Origin: Dicyema japonicum
Lineage: Eukaryota > Animalia > Dicyemida
Length of the DNA: 64,000 nt
NCBI GenBank assembly: GCA_011109175.1
Contig: RDEW01000029.1
Span: forward strand, 592,158-656,157
Direction: 5' to 3'
The position numbers and the translations under genes are program-made. This document shows, piece after piece, positions 12,678 to 24,964 of the stretch (its first letter is position 1; each line of letters opens with the position of its first letter). The notes under the pieces were generated by a model. The model was not told the DNA's origin and made no database searches. It saw only the letters and a program-made list of their open reading frames with translations.

Positions 12678-14384
12678 TCAAAAATTATTTAGACATTGAA
12701 TTGTGTGCTTTTTTGCAGCCTTTTCTAATCGATTCTTAAACTCATCAGCATCCAATGATCGATAAAACAAATTTGACTTATCTTCCCACAAGGACTGCTG
12801 AATTTCCCGCACGTCTTTTTCAATTCTTTCTATCATTTCTCTCTTCACTTTCTCTCGTTCCTATAAATAGTAAATTATTAATTCTCACAAGTTTTAGCTC
12901 CTTGTTTATTTTATTTTCTTGGTTTTCACTGCTTTCAGATTTCTCCTTTAATCTGCTTATTTCCTCACGACAGAGCCTCTTCACATTGACAAGCTTATCC
13001 CCCCTTTTGATGGCCACATCCTTCAGCTTTTCTTTTTATGCGCAATAATATCCCTAACAGCTTCTTTTTGGATATTTAGACAATCATTAAAGTTCTTTCT
13101 GAAGATCTGTGGGTGTGAGATAGCAAAATCATACGGCCTCCTCTTGCTGTTGGGCGCTCAACATTCTACTTTTGTTGACCACAGACATATCATTGTAGTA
13201 ACGATAGGCTCGGGCACGTTCTATCCTCCGATTCAGAATTACTGACCGAATTTGGAGTTCTTTATTTCTCTCCGACTTTAAAGATTTCTAAAATCCCCTG
13301 ATATGTCAACCATCTTCATCAAGTGATCACTGTCATTCTTAATGTAGTCCATTAACATTTCTTGTCGTCTGATGAGGTCTTCAATCTGGTTGCACTAACA
13401 AATCTAACTTTTCTTTGTGAGACATTCTTTGTGGTCTCAACATCCAACAAGGCTCGTTTCAGTCTGGCTGATTGAGTAGAAAACCTTCTCCACAGCACGT
13501 GCATCATCTCTTGAGAAAGTTCAAGATGTGGGAAATGTTCGAGCATAACAGTAAACAAATTCAAATCGTTGATAATCGGTTCTAGTGTTATTTAACAGTA
13601 CAACGTGATTTTTTTGAAGAATTTAAGTAACGACTTGGTTGCACGTTGTGAGATTTTTTCACTTTATTTTTGATTTTCTTAGAATAATCATGTGATTCTG
13701 GTATAATCACAGGTTTGTCCTCAAATTTTATGTGTTGTCCCCTATTGGATTCATTTTTACTAGCACGAATTCTATAATTGAGCTCGTAAACTGAGATGTG
13801 TACTTTGCATCATCGGAGAAGGTCATGGAGTTATCGGTGGTCCCTTCTTCCAAATTGATGGCTAAATCACATTCATCAGAAGGTGGATCCTCTACTGATG
13901 GTATGTCTTCGGGAGGAATACAAAGGATTGGAGGGTCATTTAACTGTATATTTTCGAATGTTGGTAAAGGATTTTTGTGAATTATTGAGGATGTTATGCA
14001 TTCGTAGAAAGTACTAAGTATTTCGACAAAATTTCCGATGTCTTCCACACATCTGTTGACGAGTCCCTCAGCGGAAATGTGATTTAGAGGGATTAAAAGT
14101 ATTTCATCACAGAGAATATTAAGAATTGTCTGACAAACCTCAATTTTGGATTCCTTTGAGTCTTCCCGTTTTTCTGAGAACTAAGTCAATGTTTACTTTT
14201 AGTTTTACGTCCATAAATCGTTTCAAATATTTTAACAAGAAGATCAGAATTGAGACCGTCCATATTACTAATTAATGGGAGGCCTATTGCTTTGAGTAGT
14301 TCATTCGTGGCCACAAATAATTCGTCTAATATAATATAAAACTAGCAAACCCTCACAAATTGGACGGGTTAATACAAGAGACAT
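12678..14384 (-). CDS. CEP95: Centrosomal protein of 95 kDa homologue
   Basis: Spliced N-terminus NELLKAIG..VKIFETIYG..ILLIPLNHISAEGLV..IGNFVEIL (DUF5745-like); MLEHFPHLELSQEMMHVLW; C-terminus YRSLDADEFKNRL; several 23-28 nt introns; not every internal junction checked. Confidence 0.8.
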
Positions 14385-14531
14385 CAGAGTTTTGGTTCTT
14401 TCTCTATAGTTACTAATTTTAATTATTATAATATTATTTATTTTAAATAATAATTAGTACAATAATTAATTTATTATGATTAAAAGTGACTTCTTGACGA
14501 CCAGAATACGGGCCACTTCTACTTGGTTCTA

Positions 14532-14895
14532 GGTAAATTTATCGCCGGTAAATTCAAGGGACCACGTGACGGTTATCAACTAAAAATGAACCAATGTGAT
14601 TTTGGAGATTAAATCAGCGAGGTCCCCAAGATAGAAGAAATCGAAAAAAATTGATTCTTAAAAAAAGTGTTAAAATGAGATTTTTAAATTCTAATTTACG
14701 ATATGTACCGCGTAGGTAGGTCTTTGGTTAAAACGGTCGCTTCATGTTAATGCGGAAAAGTTTTCATAATAAGAATTTTCACCAGTGGTACCTATCGCCG
14801 ATTTTATCTCCAAAATCACACTTTAAAAATAAGACCTCTTCTATCTAGGAACCCACCCACGTAGTCCCTTGAAATTATCTTGCGATAAATTTACC
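14532..14895. mobile_element. MITE, 364 bp, with long imperfect terminal inverted repeats
   Basis: GGTAAATTTATCGCCGGTAAATTCAAGGGACCACGTG versus CACGTAGTCCCTTGAAATTATCTTGCGATAAATTTACC; second inverted block GTGATTTTGGAGAT/ATCTCCAAAATCAC; no clear TSD. Confidence 0.8.
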
Positions 14896-15731
14896 AATTA
14901 CCTTTCTACTTTTGTTTGTGTCCGCCTCTGAATTCTGCATAGCACAAATAAATCTTAAAGATTTATGGGAGCGGCCTTCTCTACTATGACGTTCTTGTTA
15001 GTCACAATAGAATAAAAAATTATAATGAATTTTTTGTTATTGAGAGAAGTTTGGATTATCTGCTATATGATCAGGTAGCATAGTCGTCGAATCCACCTGA
15101 CTCATGAGACGCCCATTGCCTGGTCGGTATCCAAAAGGATCCCTCTCCGACCTAGTGAACTAGACAAAACCTTTTTCAGGTATATATACGATGTATTAAC
15201 TTGATTGCCTTACAAGACATCTACATGTACTCATATCGGACCATATGAACATAGTCTATCCTTTGTACCTACATAAGAACAAAAGCACGGAATGAAGGTC
15301 TCCGATGAAGAGATTGTCTTTGCAGCAGACTAGCTTTGTAGAGATGGCATGGACTAGTCGTTTCCGCTGAATTGGGAAAAGAGTGAGTTGGCGACAAACT
15401 CTTCTTCTAAAAGGAGAGTGATTGCCAACAATTTGGATTGAAATTCTACTTGATCATTTTCCTCGAGAAGCTGGGACGCCTGGCTGCACTAAAAAGTTGC
15501 AATCGTAAGAGGCTATGCAACGTCGATTATGTCAGCGGGGACCATTTTTGATTGGTTTTTGTGTTTTTAATAAAATTTAAGAGTTAAAACAAAAATTATG
15601 ATAATTTACTTCTTTAGTTAAAATGATCTATTTTTTCAAATAATTGTTAAGACAATAAAAATGAACAATTACAACAATAAAGTCACTTCTTTTGTATTTT
15701 AGCTATAATAATATGACAAACAAACCTTTAT

Positions 15732-16100
15732 TCAATGGTTTGTTCTTTTTATTAGCTCTCTTACTCTTCTCACTACTTTGGTTAGTATTAACATTAGAAA
15801 TTACGTCATCAGGGATCCTCATATATTTTATGCAGTTACCTCTAATATAGCACTCATTTAACTTCCAAAAATTGTCTCCATCCTGTTTCGTAATAATGTG
15901 GACTTACTCTTGAGGTACAAATAGCCTCCTTTAGGTAGAGATTCATAAAGTTGTCGCACCTCATCAAATGACCGTTGTAAGTATCACCATTTTTCAGTTC
16001 CACCAACTAAGAGTTTTACAATTAAACCACCATTGGGTTGTTTATTGCTCCTTTCAGCAAAGATAGAGGCATCTATTAATATAATAAACAACACTACCAT
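15732..16100 (-). CDS. LSM4: U6 snRNA-associated Sm-like protein LSm4
   Basis: M|[14 protein letters not shown]|[33 protein letters not shown]|[25 protein letters not shown]; introns 25, 24 and 25 nt; absent from the ORF track. Confidence 0.95.
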
Positions 16101-16177
16101 GTTGAAGTTTTAATTATTTAAACTTTTATTTAAATAAAATTAATTAATATTAATTCAAATAAATTCCCGGTATTAAA
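16101..16177. promoter_or_regulatory. Putative bidirectional promoter between LSM4 and the POT1-like gene
   Basis: Only 77 bp of very AT-rich DNA between two divergent ATGs. Confidence 0.55.
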
Positions 16178-18406
16178 ATGTCCCGATTGTACGTCAATGA
16201 GTTAAAAATCGGAGAATTTTACGACAAATTTATTAAAGTTCTTATATTTAAGTAATATTAGTGTGTAATTGTCAGTAATCCCAATCACACCAAATATAAT
16301 AGTGGGAAAAATGAGTTTATTAGATTCTTTGCCGAAACTGGTATCTTTAATGGCAATATTAGACAATTCCGAACTCATTGAGGTGTTTTTGTTGGGGATG
16401 CTATCAAACTCTGTTCTTCTCTCCGATCTGAGGTCCTCATATTACAAACTCATAGGCCGTCATTGAATTCTCGGGATTTCGTGTACAGAGTCCTGATCCA
16501 CATGCTGTCTTCTCCTCACGCCAGTCAGTCTTCAGAATAATTCTTAAACAAAACGATCATTTTCAATTATCCACTAGTTTTCTTCCTAAAACCCAGTCAA
16601 TCACACAATTACCTCCACCATCAAGCTACACATCTCTAGCAAATATTACCTCTGGTAACTCATACAACATTATGGCTATTGTGAGATACTTTCGCCCTGC
16701 CAAAAAGTCAGTACGTGGACCTGGTATTACCATTATTAATGATAGATTATTTTGTATACTTACGATAACAGACCATACACTTACTGGAATGCCATATGAT
16801 AAAATAGTTTGTCTTCTTTTTGCGAGGGAGTTACGCTTTCTCCCTTCTGATGTTGTCTTGGGGGATGTCATTAGACTACACAGACTTAAAGTTTATGCTA
16901 TAGTTATTTAGATTACTATTCATGATGGGAAACTACAGGGACAGAATCGACCAGGAATGTCATGGCTTGTTTTCAGTCGGGCATTGGAATATCGTATTGG
17001 ACTCTCCAGTTCTGATGACTACTCCCTCCCCAGAGATGAGGATATTTCATACGTTCACTCACTTGCTGATTGGTTCTCTTCAAATCCCCACATTGATGAG
17101 ACTGGCGATAAGGTTTGTCTATTACAATGCATTCAAGACAGCTGATGTCCCCAAGATGGACGAATTAATGTACATGTGCAGACCGACCTGGAATGGAGGG
17201 ATCAATCACTTGAGTATTCCTACACAGATATTATAGTACAATCCTTCGATGGATTTACTAATGTGGGAGTACAAAGTCTATTTCACACACCTGACATGTC
17301 CAAAGAAAATCCACTCAGTTTATCACATTCTCACAATATATCGTTGGGATGACTGCCTCTGTTTACTGTCAGATTGTGGGGACTACGAGACGTAGATTGG
17401 ATTGGTCAGAAGTAATCATTTTGGCAAGGGATGGAACCTTAAATTATATTAGGCATTTCATGTGGTTATTAAAGTAAACACAGTCGTAAGACTAATCAAT
17501 GGCCAATAATGATGAATGTAAGACATATTGAAGACATTGACTGTTTGGATAACATTGTTGAGGTATCCGTCCATCCAAGTTCTATTCCCTCCAAATTAAC
17601 TGTAGCTGTGATGTTATTACATAGATTGGTGATTATGTACTATTAGAGGATGTCACCTTTGAGATATTGGATGACTCCTCTGTTAGGTTTAGATTATTAG
17701 GAAGGTTTGTTATTAATTAGTATTACAGTATTAATATTGTCTGTGATGACATTCATGCTTTGGAGAGTAGAATTAAGAGTTTGTCGTCATCAAAGAGGAA
17801 ACCTTTCATTCGTAGTAGAATTGATGCTCCTTACATACTACAGTGTAACCACCCAAGGACTACAACTGAGTCCTTTGAGAGTAATGTCCCAGGTAGTGTT
17901 CTTTTTATGAAGAGATGAACATCTTCCTCTCTTTTCTCTATTCGAAGAAATCCCTTTGAAAAGTCAATGTACAACATTGTTGTCAAATTCATTGATTTCT
18001 GGCCATCTTCTTCTGAACAAATGTTTTTCCCACATTGTCCCCATTGTTTTTGTCCCCCGCTGGTTTGTTCTGATTCCTGGAAATTTTCGGTTGATGGGAG
18101 TTTCTCAGAACAGACGGGAGATGTATGCACTGTGTGTAATGAGAATTTATGTTCTGATTTCTTGGTTTATTTGGTTGTTTCTGACTTTGGGGATTGGGCT
18201 GTCGTTGAGTTGGGAGATTCATCCAAGGTTTGTATTATACGTATTTGTAGTTGTTCTCAGAGATGACGTCTGATATAGAATTTTCCAATTATTATGCCAG
18301 ATTACAGAGACTATGTCAGGTTGAAACTGTAGAGATATGCATATCGCCTGTCTATTCTGGGGGAAGAGTTAAACTTATTTTAAATGTCATAAATTGCTAC
18401 TTTTGA
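16178..18406 (+). CDS. POT1: Telomere single-strand binding protein POT1-like (apparent frameshifts in this assembly)
   Basis: OB1 YNIMAIVRYFRPAKKSVRG..CILTITD..LLFA..LP..LGDVIRLHRLK; OB2 SVYCQIVG..ARDGT; OB3 YNIVVKFIDFWP..HCPHC..CTVC; about 12 introns of 21-25 nt. Confidence 0.85.
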
Positions 18407-18439
18407 TGTATTTGTTAATTTTATTGACTTATTATTTCA

Positions 18440-19525
18440 AATTATTATTAAACCATTTCCATGAGAGCCATTTATACGTCGATAAATACGAATTGTATCC
18501 CTGAAGTTTGAAAGAGATCTCACATAAAACCAACTCGAAGGCGGGCAATCCTGCAGAGGAACTATCATCTTATACACCAATATCAATCCTATGGGCTTCT
18601 CAAGAATTCTCGAATGGATGGTCCTCGATTGTATTCGAGATGGCATCCCAATGTCTGATTTTAACGTAAGGTAACGGACAAACCATTCAACTTCCATACA
18701 CTTGACGACTTCTCCCAATTTATTTCTGAAAGATTCAACACATTGAAACCATATCTATGAACTGTTCTTGTTTCTTTGGGCATTACCAAAACATTTGATT
18801 CAGTCTCAAAAAAGTCTCTAACGAAAAACAACACGTGAAATCAAGGACTCGCTTTCTCTTAAATGGTTAAGAGAATGATCAATTCCTTAACCCAATGGTC
18901 GGAAAGACTACACGTGGAAGTGTCACTTACAAAATAATTTGTGATCCTCTTTACATCTTATACAAGTAACCCACGATTGACGATGTTGCAATTCTTTTTA
19001 CGGCCACACCAACGATCCTGGAAGTTATTTTGATCAAAGATTTACATGTGCAAAGCATGTTGAGAATCAGATGATTGCGGAACTTACGAGAATGAGAATC
19101 CTGAAGATAATCTCAAAACCCCTCAGAGAAAACGTCGGCCCCTTTCTGCTGTCTATCGGCAATTTGTACAACCGGCACTAACTTACGCAAGTGAATCGTG
19201 GTCAATGGCCATTTCCCGATCCTCTCTCTTGAAACTGTCCACAATGCAGGAATTTGCCAAAAGAGTCATTGAGCATAATTGAAGCAGTTTTGATTGGACA
19301 ACAAGAGAAGATGGTGAGGATAGCTACTCTGTCTAACAGCCTCCTCTATGAAGATATGAACAAATACCTTAAAAACCGTCCTAGATACGAGATAACCACA
19401 TGTCTTTTCTGGAAAGCCATCCAGATTCTCGTCCACGTCGAATACAACCTTCCTGGACCTTCCCTGGGTCACTTAGTTAGTTGGGAACTTTTCCTTTAGC
19501 CCAGTGATCCTGAAGTAATATTAAT
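18440..19525 (+). mobile_element. Decayed I-group LINE RT/3' fragment
   Basis: Y.PI..LSRILE, ITKTFDSV and ILEVIFDQ remnants; ends GGGTCACT-TAG...AGTGATCC. Confidence 0.75.
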
Positions 19526-19789
19526 AATTCTGAGTTCCCTCATAGCTACTCCAAACATTTTGTATTCGAGAGTAGAATTCTGATCATCCTTAGACTTGAG
19601 TCAATCCAAAAATTGTTCCAGTACTTTAGTTATGCCTGTTAATCACATCAGATGCTTTGACCCCAACGAGCTTGTAAAGGAGGAGGATCTATCCAAGCTG
19701 AGAACATGGATTAAACTTGTCGGATCACTTAGTGGTCTTAGAATAAAAATTTAATTTAATTCAAAAATTAACTTAGTATTTCTTTTTAA

Positions 19790-20100
19790 AGAGTCTTGGC
19801 TCTATCAGAGGCTGATCTTCGATGGGTTGTTATCAGTGCATAATTTGAAGAAATCCATTTGCACAGGTGGCTTCTCAGCCAAAGCATCTACCACTTTCAA
19901 ATGGGAAGAAAGTTATATCGTTTGATCTTTTGTTTGCTAGGCTAGCTCGAAAGGCTCCAACTGAACCGAGAATCCGGTGGCTTCCAGTCCCCACGCAATA
20001 GCTCCGTTGATGGCTTTATGCCTCCAGTGCTTCTTCGGCGGGAGATGCGTGAAAATCTTTTAAATCGACCATCCATCCGCATCTATACAGGTAGGCCACG
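19790..20100 (-). mobile_element. CRE-clade RLE domain fragment
   Basis: HKAING..VQLEP..KR.DITFFPFESGRCFG*EATC resembles the CRE PD..W-D-xTC endonuclease. Confidence 0.5.
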
Positions 20101-20129
20101 CAAACATTCAATCCGACAAACCAATTATT

Positions 20130-20370
20130 GTTATTATTAACCCCGGATACACCGAGAAAGAAGTTAACAGTAAACAACCAATTAAGTTTATTCAATTTCC
20201 ACTGCTACAAAAACGAAGTCCTTCAACGTCACACAAGTCCATACAGAACCAGTATAAAAGGTAAAAGACGTCCATTCCATGCAATCGTGGAAACCCTTTC
20301 AATAAAGTGGGGAAGAGCAAATGATTATTTTTAGTGCAAACCTGGTACAGGTGGATCACATAACTCCATT
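20130..20370 (-). mobile_element. LINE 3' end, subfamily E (GGATACAC hairpin type)
   Basis: Reverse complement matches 59790-59965 and 1040-1180. Confidence 0.7.
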
Positions 20371-21519
20371 CTAGTAAGAAAAAGAATAGGATGAACAAAC
20401 AAAACAAACAGAAATCTTCAACCAATTAATCACATAGCACCATATTGCCGAAAAAGGGGCCATATTGCCGAAAAAAATGGTAATTGACCTCTCTTAAGGT
20501 CTTAACTATCCGTCAAATGGAGGAATTATGTTGTATTGATATTAATAGTTTCTCGTAATGGGTCACAATTAACTCAGTTTGTTCTTCTGCACTCCATAAT
20601 AATTTCTCATTTCCATTCCTAACTCTGGTTTGTCTGTCAAAGCAAGCTTATCGTGCGTACATTTTTGCATTATATTTCAGCTTGTTTATTGCATTTATTC
20701 GAGATGATAGTTCTATTCTAGAAGATGCTTCTTAAGTTTATTTATTTTCACTCTTACACACTGCATCTTACCTTGAACGGCATTTCTTACACTACATCAG
20801 TCATATTTGATTTTTTCTTGCATATATATCTCAATTTCCTCACTAAATCTGCAACTTCTGGGTGAAAGACTTCACACACATCCTATTCTTTTCTCTTGAT
20901 ATTTCCCAGATATTTTATTAATAATGTTCATTATATGGTCTAACTTAGTTATTCTCTGTAATTTTAAATGTACCAGAGATCTCCACGAGCGCTGCTGGCT
21001 CTTTGGGCAAATGTCGTTCGCAATCCTGAAAGGGAATAGCCGTGCAGTCAAAATGGATGTTGTCTTTGAATTGATTGTTCAACGATTTTAAATTTGAAGT
21101 GTTTCATAGACAAAATGTCCAGATTACAATTCTGTGATCACAACAGTTGTCGAACCTTCATATTATATTAAAAAATTAAAATTATTTTCAAACACCAAGG
21201 GTAACTAAACTAACTAACTCCTCGATCCTGACTCGTTCCAGTATTCCAGAACTTGTCACCAGGTAACGACGTTGTCCCCGGGAAAGAATTGTTGGATCTT
21301 CTTGATGCCGGTCAGGAATCGGGCGTCTCCTAATTAAGGTGGATCGAGTGACGCCATCGGAAGGAAGGAAAATAATTTTTACAAACTGTCCACGTAGCAC
21401 CAATGACAAACTATCGACGTAACACCACATGGCGCCACGCGATAAATCTGAACTGCAGTTAAGAGAAATCCCTGACTTTGACCGGACACATAATTTAGTC
21501 AATCTGATTATATATATAG

Positions 21520-22975
21520 GGGTAACTCCCCATCCGAATTTCTTTATTCTCTCTTCCAGGTAGTTTTATGACAGGCATGGTCCATAAATGCAGTATTGCA
21601 CAGAAAGAAATTATTTGGAAAACAGAAATAACAAAAGTAAAAGTTTCTTTTCTGATAAATACATCAACTGGGTAAGTTTTAGCCTCAATTTTTGCAATAA
21701 ATAATAGTGAGGACGACTCATGTGTGTTCTAGCTAACGTCCAATAATAGTCCTGTTCAGTTGATCTTTCGTTACTCTCCTAAAATATGGTGAATACATAT
21801 ATATAATTGTTATGAAAAATTTGAAGTGACATTTTCAAATTATGAAATTTTATACCAGTAATTCGTTCAAATCCACAAAATTGTAGATTCGGTTTGATAC
21901 AATCCATGTTGGTGCAAAGGAGTGGAGAGAATTCCGTGGTGTCAAGTGAAAGATACCATAGTCTTGAAACTTTTCTCTATGTTTATAGTGCTTGTATAGA
22001 GTCATTCCTTATCTATGGGTTCCAAGGATGATTTGAAAGTGATGAGGGGAATATTCTTGTAGAGCTTCTTGATAGATCTATGAGATATGCCATTAAATTG
22101 GTATATGGACTCGATTTAAAGTCCAAAATACCACCCAATTATAAGGGATGTAAAGATCCATTGGAAAATTATTGCACCACTTGAAAAAAATAACTCTTGT
22201 TCAGTGCAAGGGTTAATAAAATTAAGAGACATGTGTTGTCTTGTTATAGAGACTTTCATCAACTAATACAAACTTGTTAGTTCTCCTGTTTAATTAGTCT
22301 CTAGTAATGAGTTTTTTAATAAAATTCTCTTCCGTCTTTGCTTTAATCGATCTCAGTCGAATTCAAGAGTCAATGAATAAATATTCATACTGGCTTCAGA
22401 ACAGGTAGGTCTACGGTCGGTATAGTGTGGTGCCATAAATGGCATTGCGCTATTCAACAAAGATTTCGAAGTGCCACAACTATCCTTGGAATAAGATATC
22501 TGTACACTACGTCGTGGAAAACTAATTGAAGTACTCAAAAGTTTTCTGGATAGATACTCAGTCATCTTGATACAAACTCTTCTTTCCAAGCTGAGGCTTA
22601 GGGTTCGCATTGGAAAAACCTTACATTGGGAAATCACGAAATATTGAGCACACATCAGGAGATCCTCTATCTCCTTTACTATTCCTCATTTATTTGGAAT
22701 TAACTCGACCTCATAAAGTTATACAGTAATAAATTTATGGAAATTGTGTACGCTGATAACATGAATTTGTCTCAAATTACTGGGAAGTATTCTGGCATCT
22801 GCTTGAGGTAGCACCCGCTCTTCTAGATAATTGGTTCATATCCATGAACATCTCAAACACGGGATCAAACAGATAGAAATGAAAGATGGAGAAAGTCCAA
22901 GAAACTCGGTTCCCTCTTTAGGGATTCCGAAGACATCACAAGAGAAAATTACTATCGACAGTGATGACGACTAAA
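21520..22975 (+). pseudogene. Disrupted intron-containing gene, identity uncertain (weakly RAD17-like)
   Basis: Several GT..AG segments and coding-like tracts with in-frame stops; ends ..KITIDSDDD*; family assignment is speculative. Confidence 0.25.
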
Positions 22976-23019
22976 TCAATCTAAAGTAATTGATAAAAAT
23001 GTTCTGTTTTCCTTTCCCA

Positions 23020-23420
23020 TCTCCTCAGATTATATGTGAATCCGATTCTCACATTTAATTCGGGTATATTGGGAATCTCTAAGCTCGAAGAGAAGGGGCT
23101 TGACTTATTCCACAGAAAGCAACTTCGGTCCCTTTTAGAACTGAAATGGCCAATAATGCTGAAAAAGAAAGCGTTTTGTGAAATATGATTTACGGGACCT
23201 ATAAGTATGTTAGTCACAAAGGCAGGGTGAGATCTGTTTGGTCGAATTTTAAGAATGGACATACGTCAGCAAATGTAACCATGTAAAACTACTAGGACTA
23301 TCTAATGAAAGATTTCGTCGACGTTCACGTACGACGCTTCCCGAAATTCTTAATAATGATTTGTGACTGGTAAATAAAACACTGAAGAAGTCGCAGACCC
23401 AGGAGCGTGTCAAAGCCTTC
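23020..23420 (+). mobile_element. RTE-type LINE C-terminal fragment
   Basis: LYVNPILTFNSG..LDLFHRKQLRSLLELKWP matches ORF 40309-40512. Confidence 0.7.
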
Positions 23421-23504
23421 TGCTACACGGGGTGAATGTATGATAATGATCCCCCTTATAACTAACTTAAAAATCGTGACTAAAATTATAGATGTTTTCA
23501 AATT

Positions 23505-23700
23505 AAATTGTTTTATTGCGTGGCTATTCCCTCTCAGGATGGCGAGAGAAATTCGCCCAAATAACCAGCAGCACTCACGAGCGATCCGATTCCCTAGACG
23601 ACTCAAGAATTCCAACGTCGCAGGCGAAAGGAACCAGACGTCTCAACGGCGAATGGAACAAAACAAAAAAATCCTTGGGTAGGACCGCGTACTTTGTTTT
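23505..23700 (-). mobile_element. CRE-clade 3' end
   Basis: FVPFAVETSGS..WLFGRISLAILRGNSHAI; sister fragments at 20985-21055 (+) and 45625-45690 (-). Confidence 0.7.
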
Positions 23701-23785
23701 ATTTAATTTAAAAAAAGATGTTTTCATACATGAGAATGAATAAATAAAAAATCAAGTAAGAGTGAAATGTATCAATATTAATTTA

Positions 23786-24964
23786 TTAAGCAATAAACAA
23801 AAAGTCACTTCCATGTCCAATCACTCCTTTGCTATCAACAAAAGTATTAACCACAGCTTCTTTCACTTCGCTTGTCAGAAATTTCTTTTCAATACTGATC
23901 AAAGATAAACTTGACTGATTTGACAAGACCACAAATATGTTTGTATCTTCAATTGAGTAGCCAACTTTGAGTAATGAACGATGTGCAATGCACAAGGTTG
24001 GAAAAACATCCCAGCCAAGCAGAGCTAATAAAGCAAGAAAATCATTCACATTTTTTGAAAAGTTCTGTTTCCACTTCGGAAAAGTGTAAGACAGTTAACG
24101 ATTTCTCCGTAGAGAGAAGATGAGTTCACGTCAGTCTCAAAATGGTTGGCAAAATTCTGACAGTTCCGTTTCAAGTTTTTAAATGTTCCTTGTTTTCAAC
24201 ATCAATTGAATCCAGCTTTACCAAGAATAAAAACTTGTTAGCGAGCCTACGAACGCGGCATTAGCGTTCTGAAAGTTCGGCCTTCACTCTGTTTGCAAAT
24301 ACATTCATTATTCTTTTTATTTCATCAATTTCTGATAAGCCTCCGTTTTTCGTACTCTCTCCAGGCATCACTTTCTTATGGTTGACATTTTCCAAGATAC
24401 ATTCCACTTCTGACAGTATTCTGATACCGATCCGACTGCACACTTAATGATGTCTTCAGGTTTAAGATCAATAATTCTATTGAGCCTATCAAGGTCATCG
24501 CCTGCTTGAATAAAATCAATCTTGGGATCATGTCAACGTTTTGTCATTCTCTGTACTGATGACAGAATAATTATAGGATTCACTTTTCCCCACCAGCTAA
24601 ATTTATCTTTGTTACAAAAACTCGATTTGCATCTTGAAAATAAAAAAAATAAACAAAGCAAAAGGCAGTTTGTCTGCAAAGTGAATTTATCAGCCATTTT
24701 CTCTGCAAACGCCATTTCTTTTTACAAAGTTTCAACCCAATGCTTAGAAAGTGATCTTCCTTGTTTTTTAGCAAAAGGAACTTCCTGGTTCTGGAATCCA
24801 TATCACAACGAATTTGCATCCTGATTATCATCAATGTAGAGTGTTTTATTTACTGAATTTCTGATGCCTTCTCGGATAACAGCCATGGGTTCAAAATTGT
24901 CAGCATCCGATTGATCGTTCGCCACATGTTGCTTCTTCAACCACACATCTAAACAGCCTGACAT
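23786..24964 (-). pseudogene. Disrupted spliced gene of unknown family
   Basis: ATG at 24964, short GT-AG introns, coding-like frame carrying in-frame TGA and TAA plus frameshifts; last exon is ORF 23786-24049. Confidence 0.4.

Noticed and set aside
8398-24964. Stop-codon reassignment suggested by in-frame TAA/TGA in some frames
   Set aside because: Well-supported genes end in TGA (POLR3H, LSM4), TAG (p23) and TAA (SRP19, G3BP), and none contains internal stops
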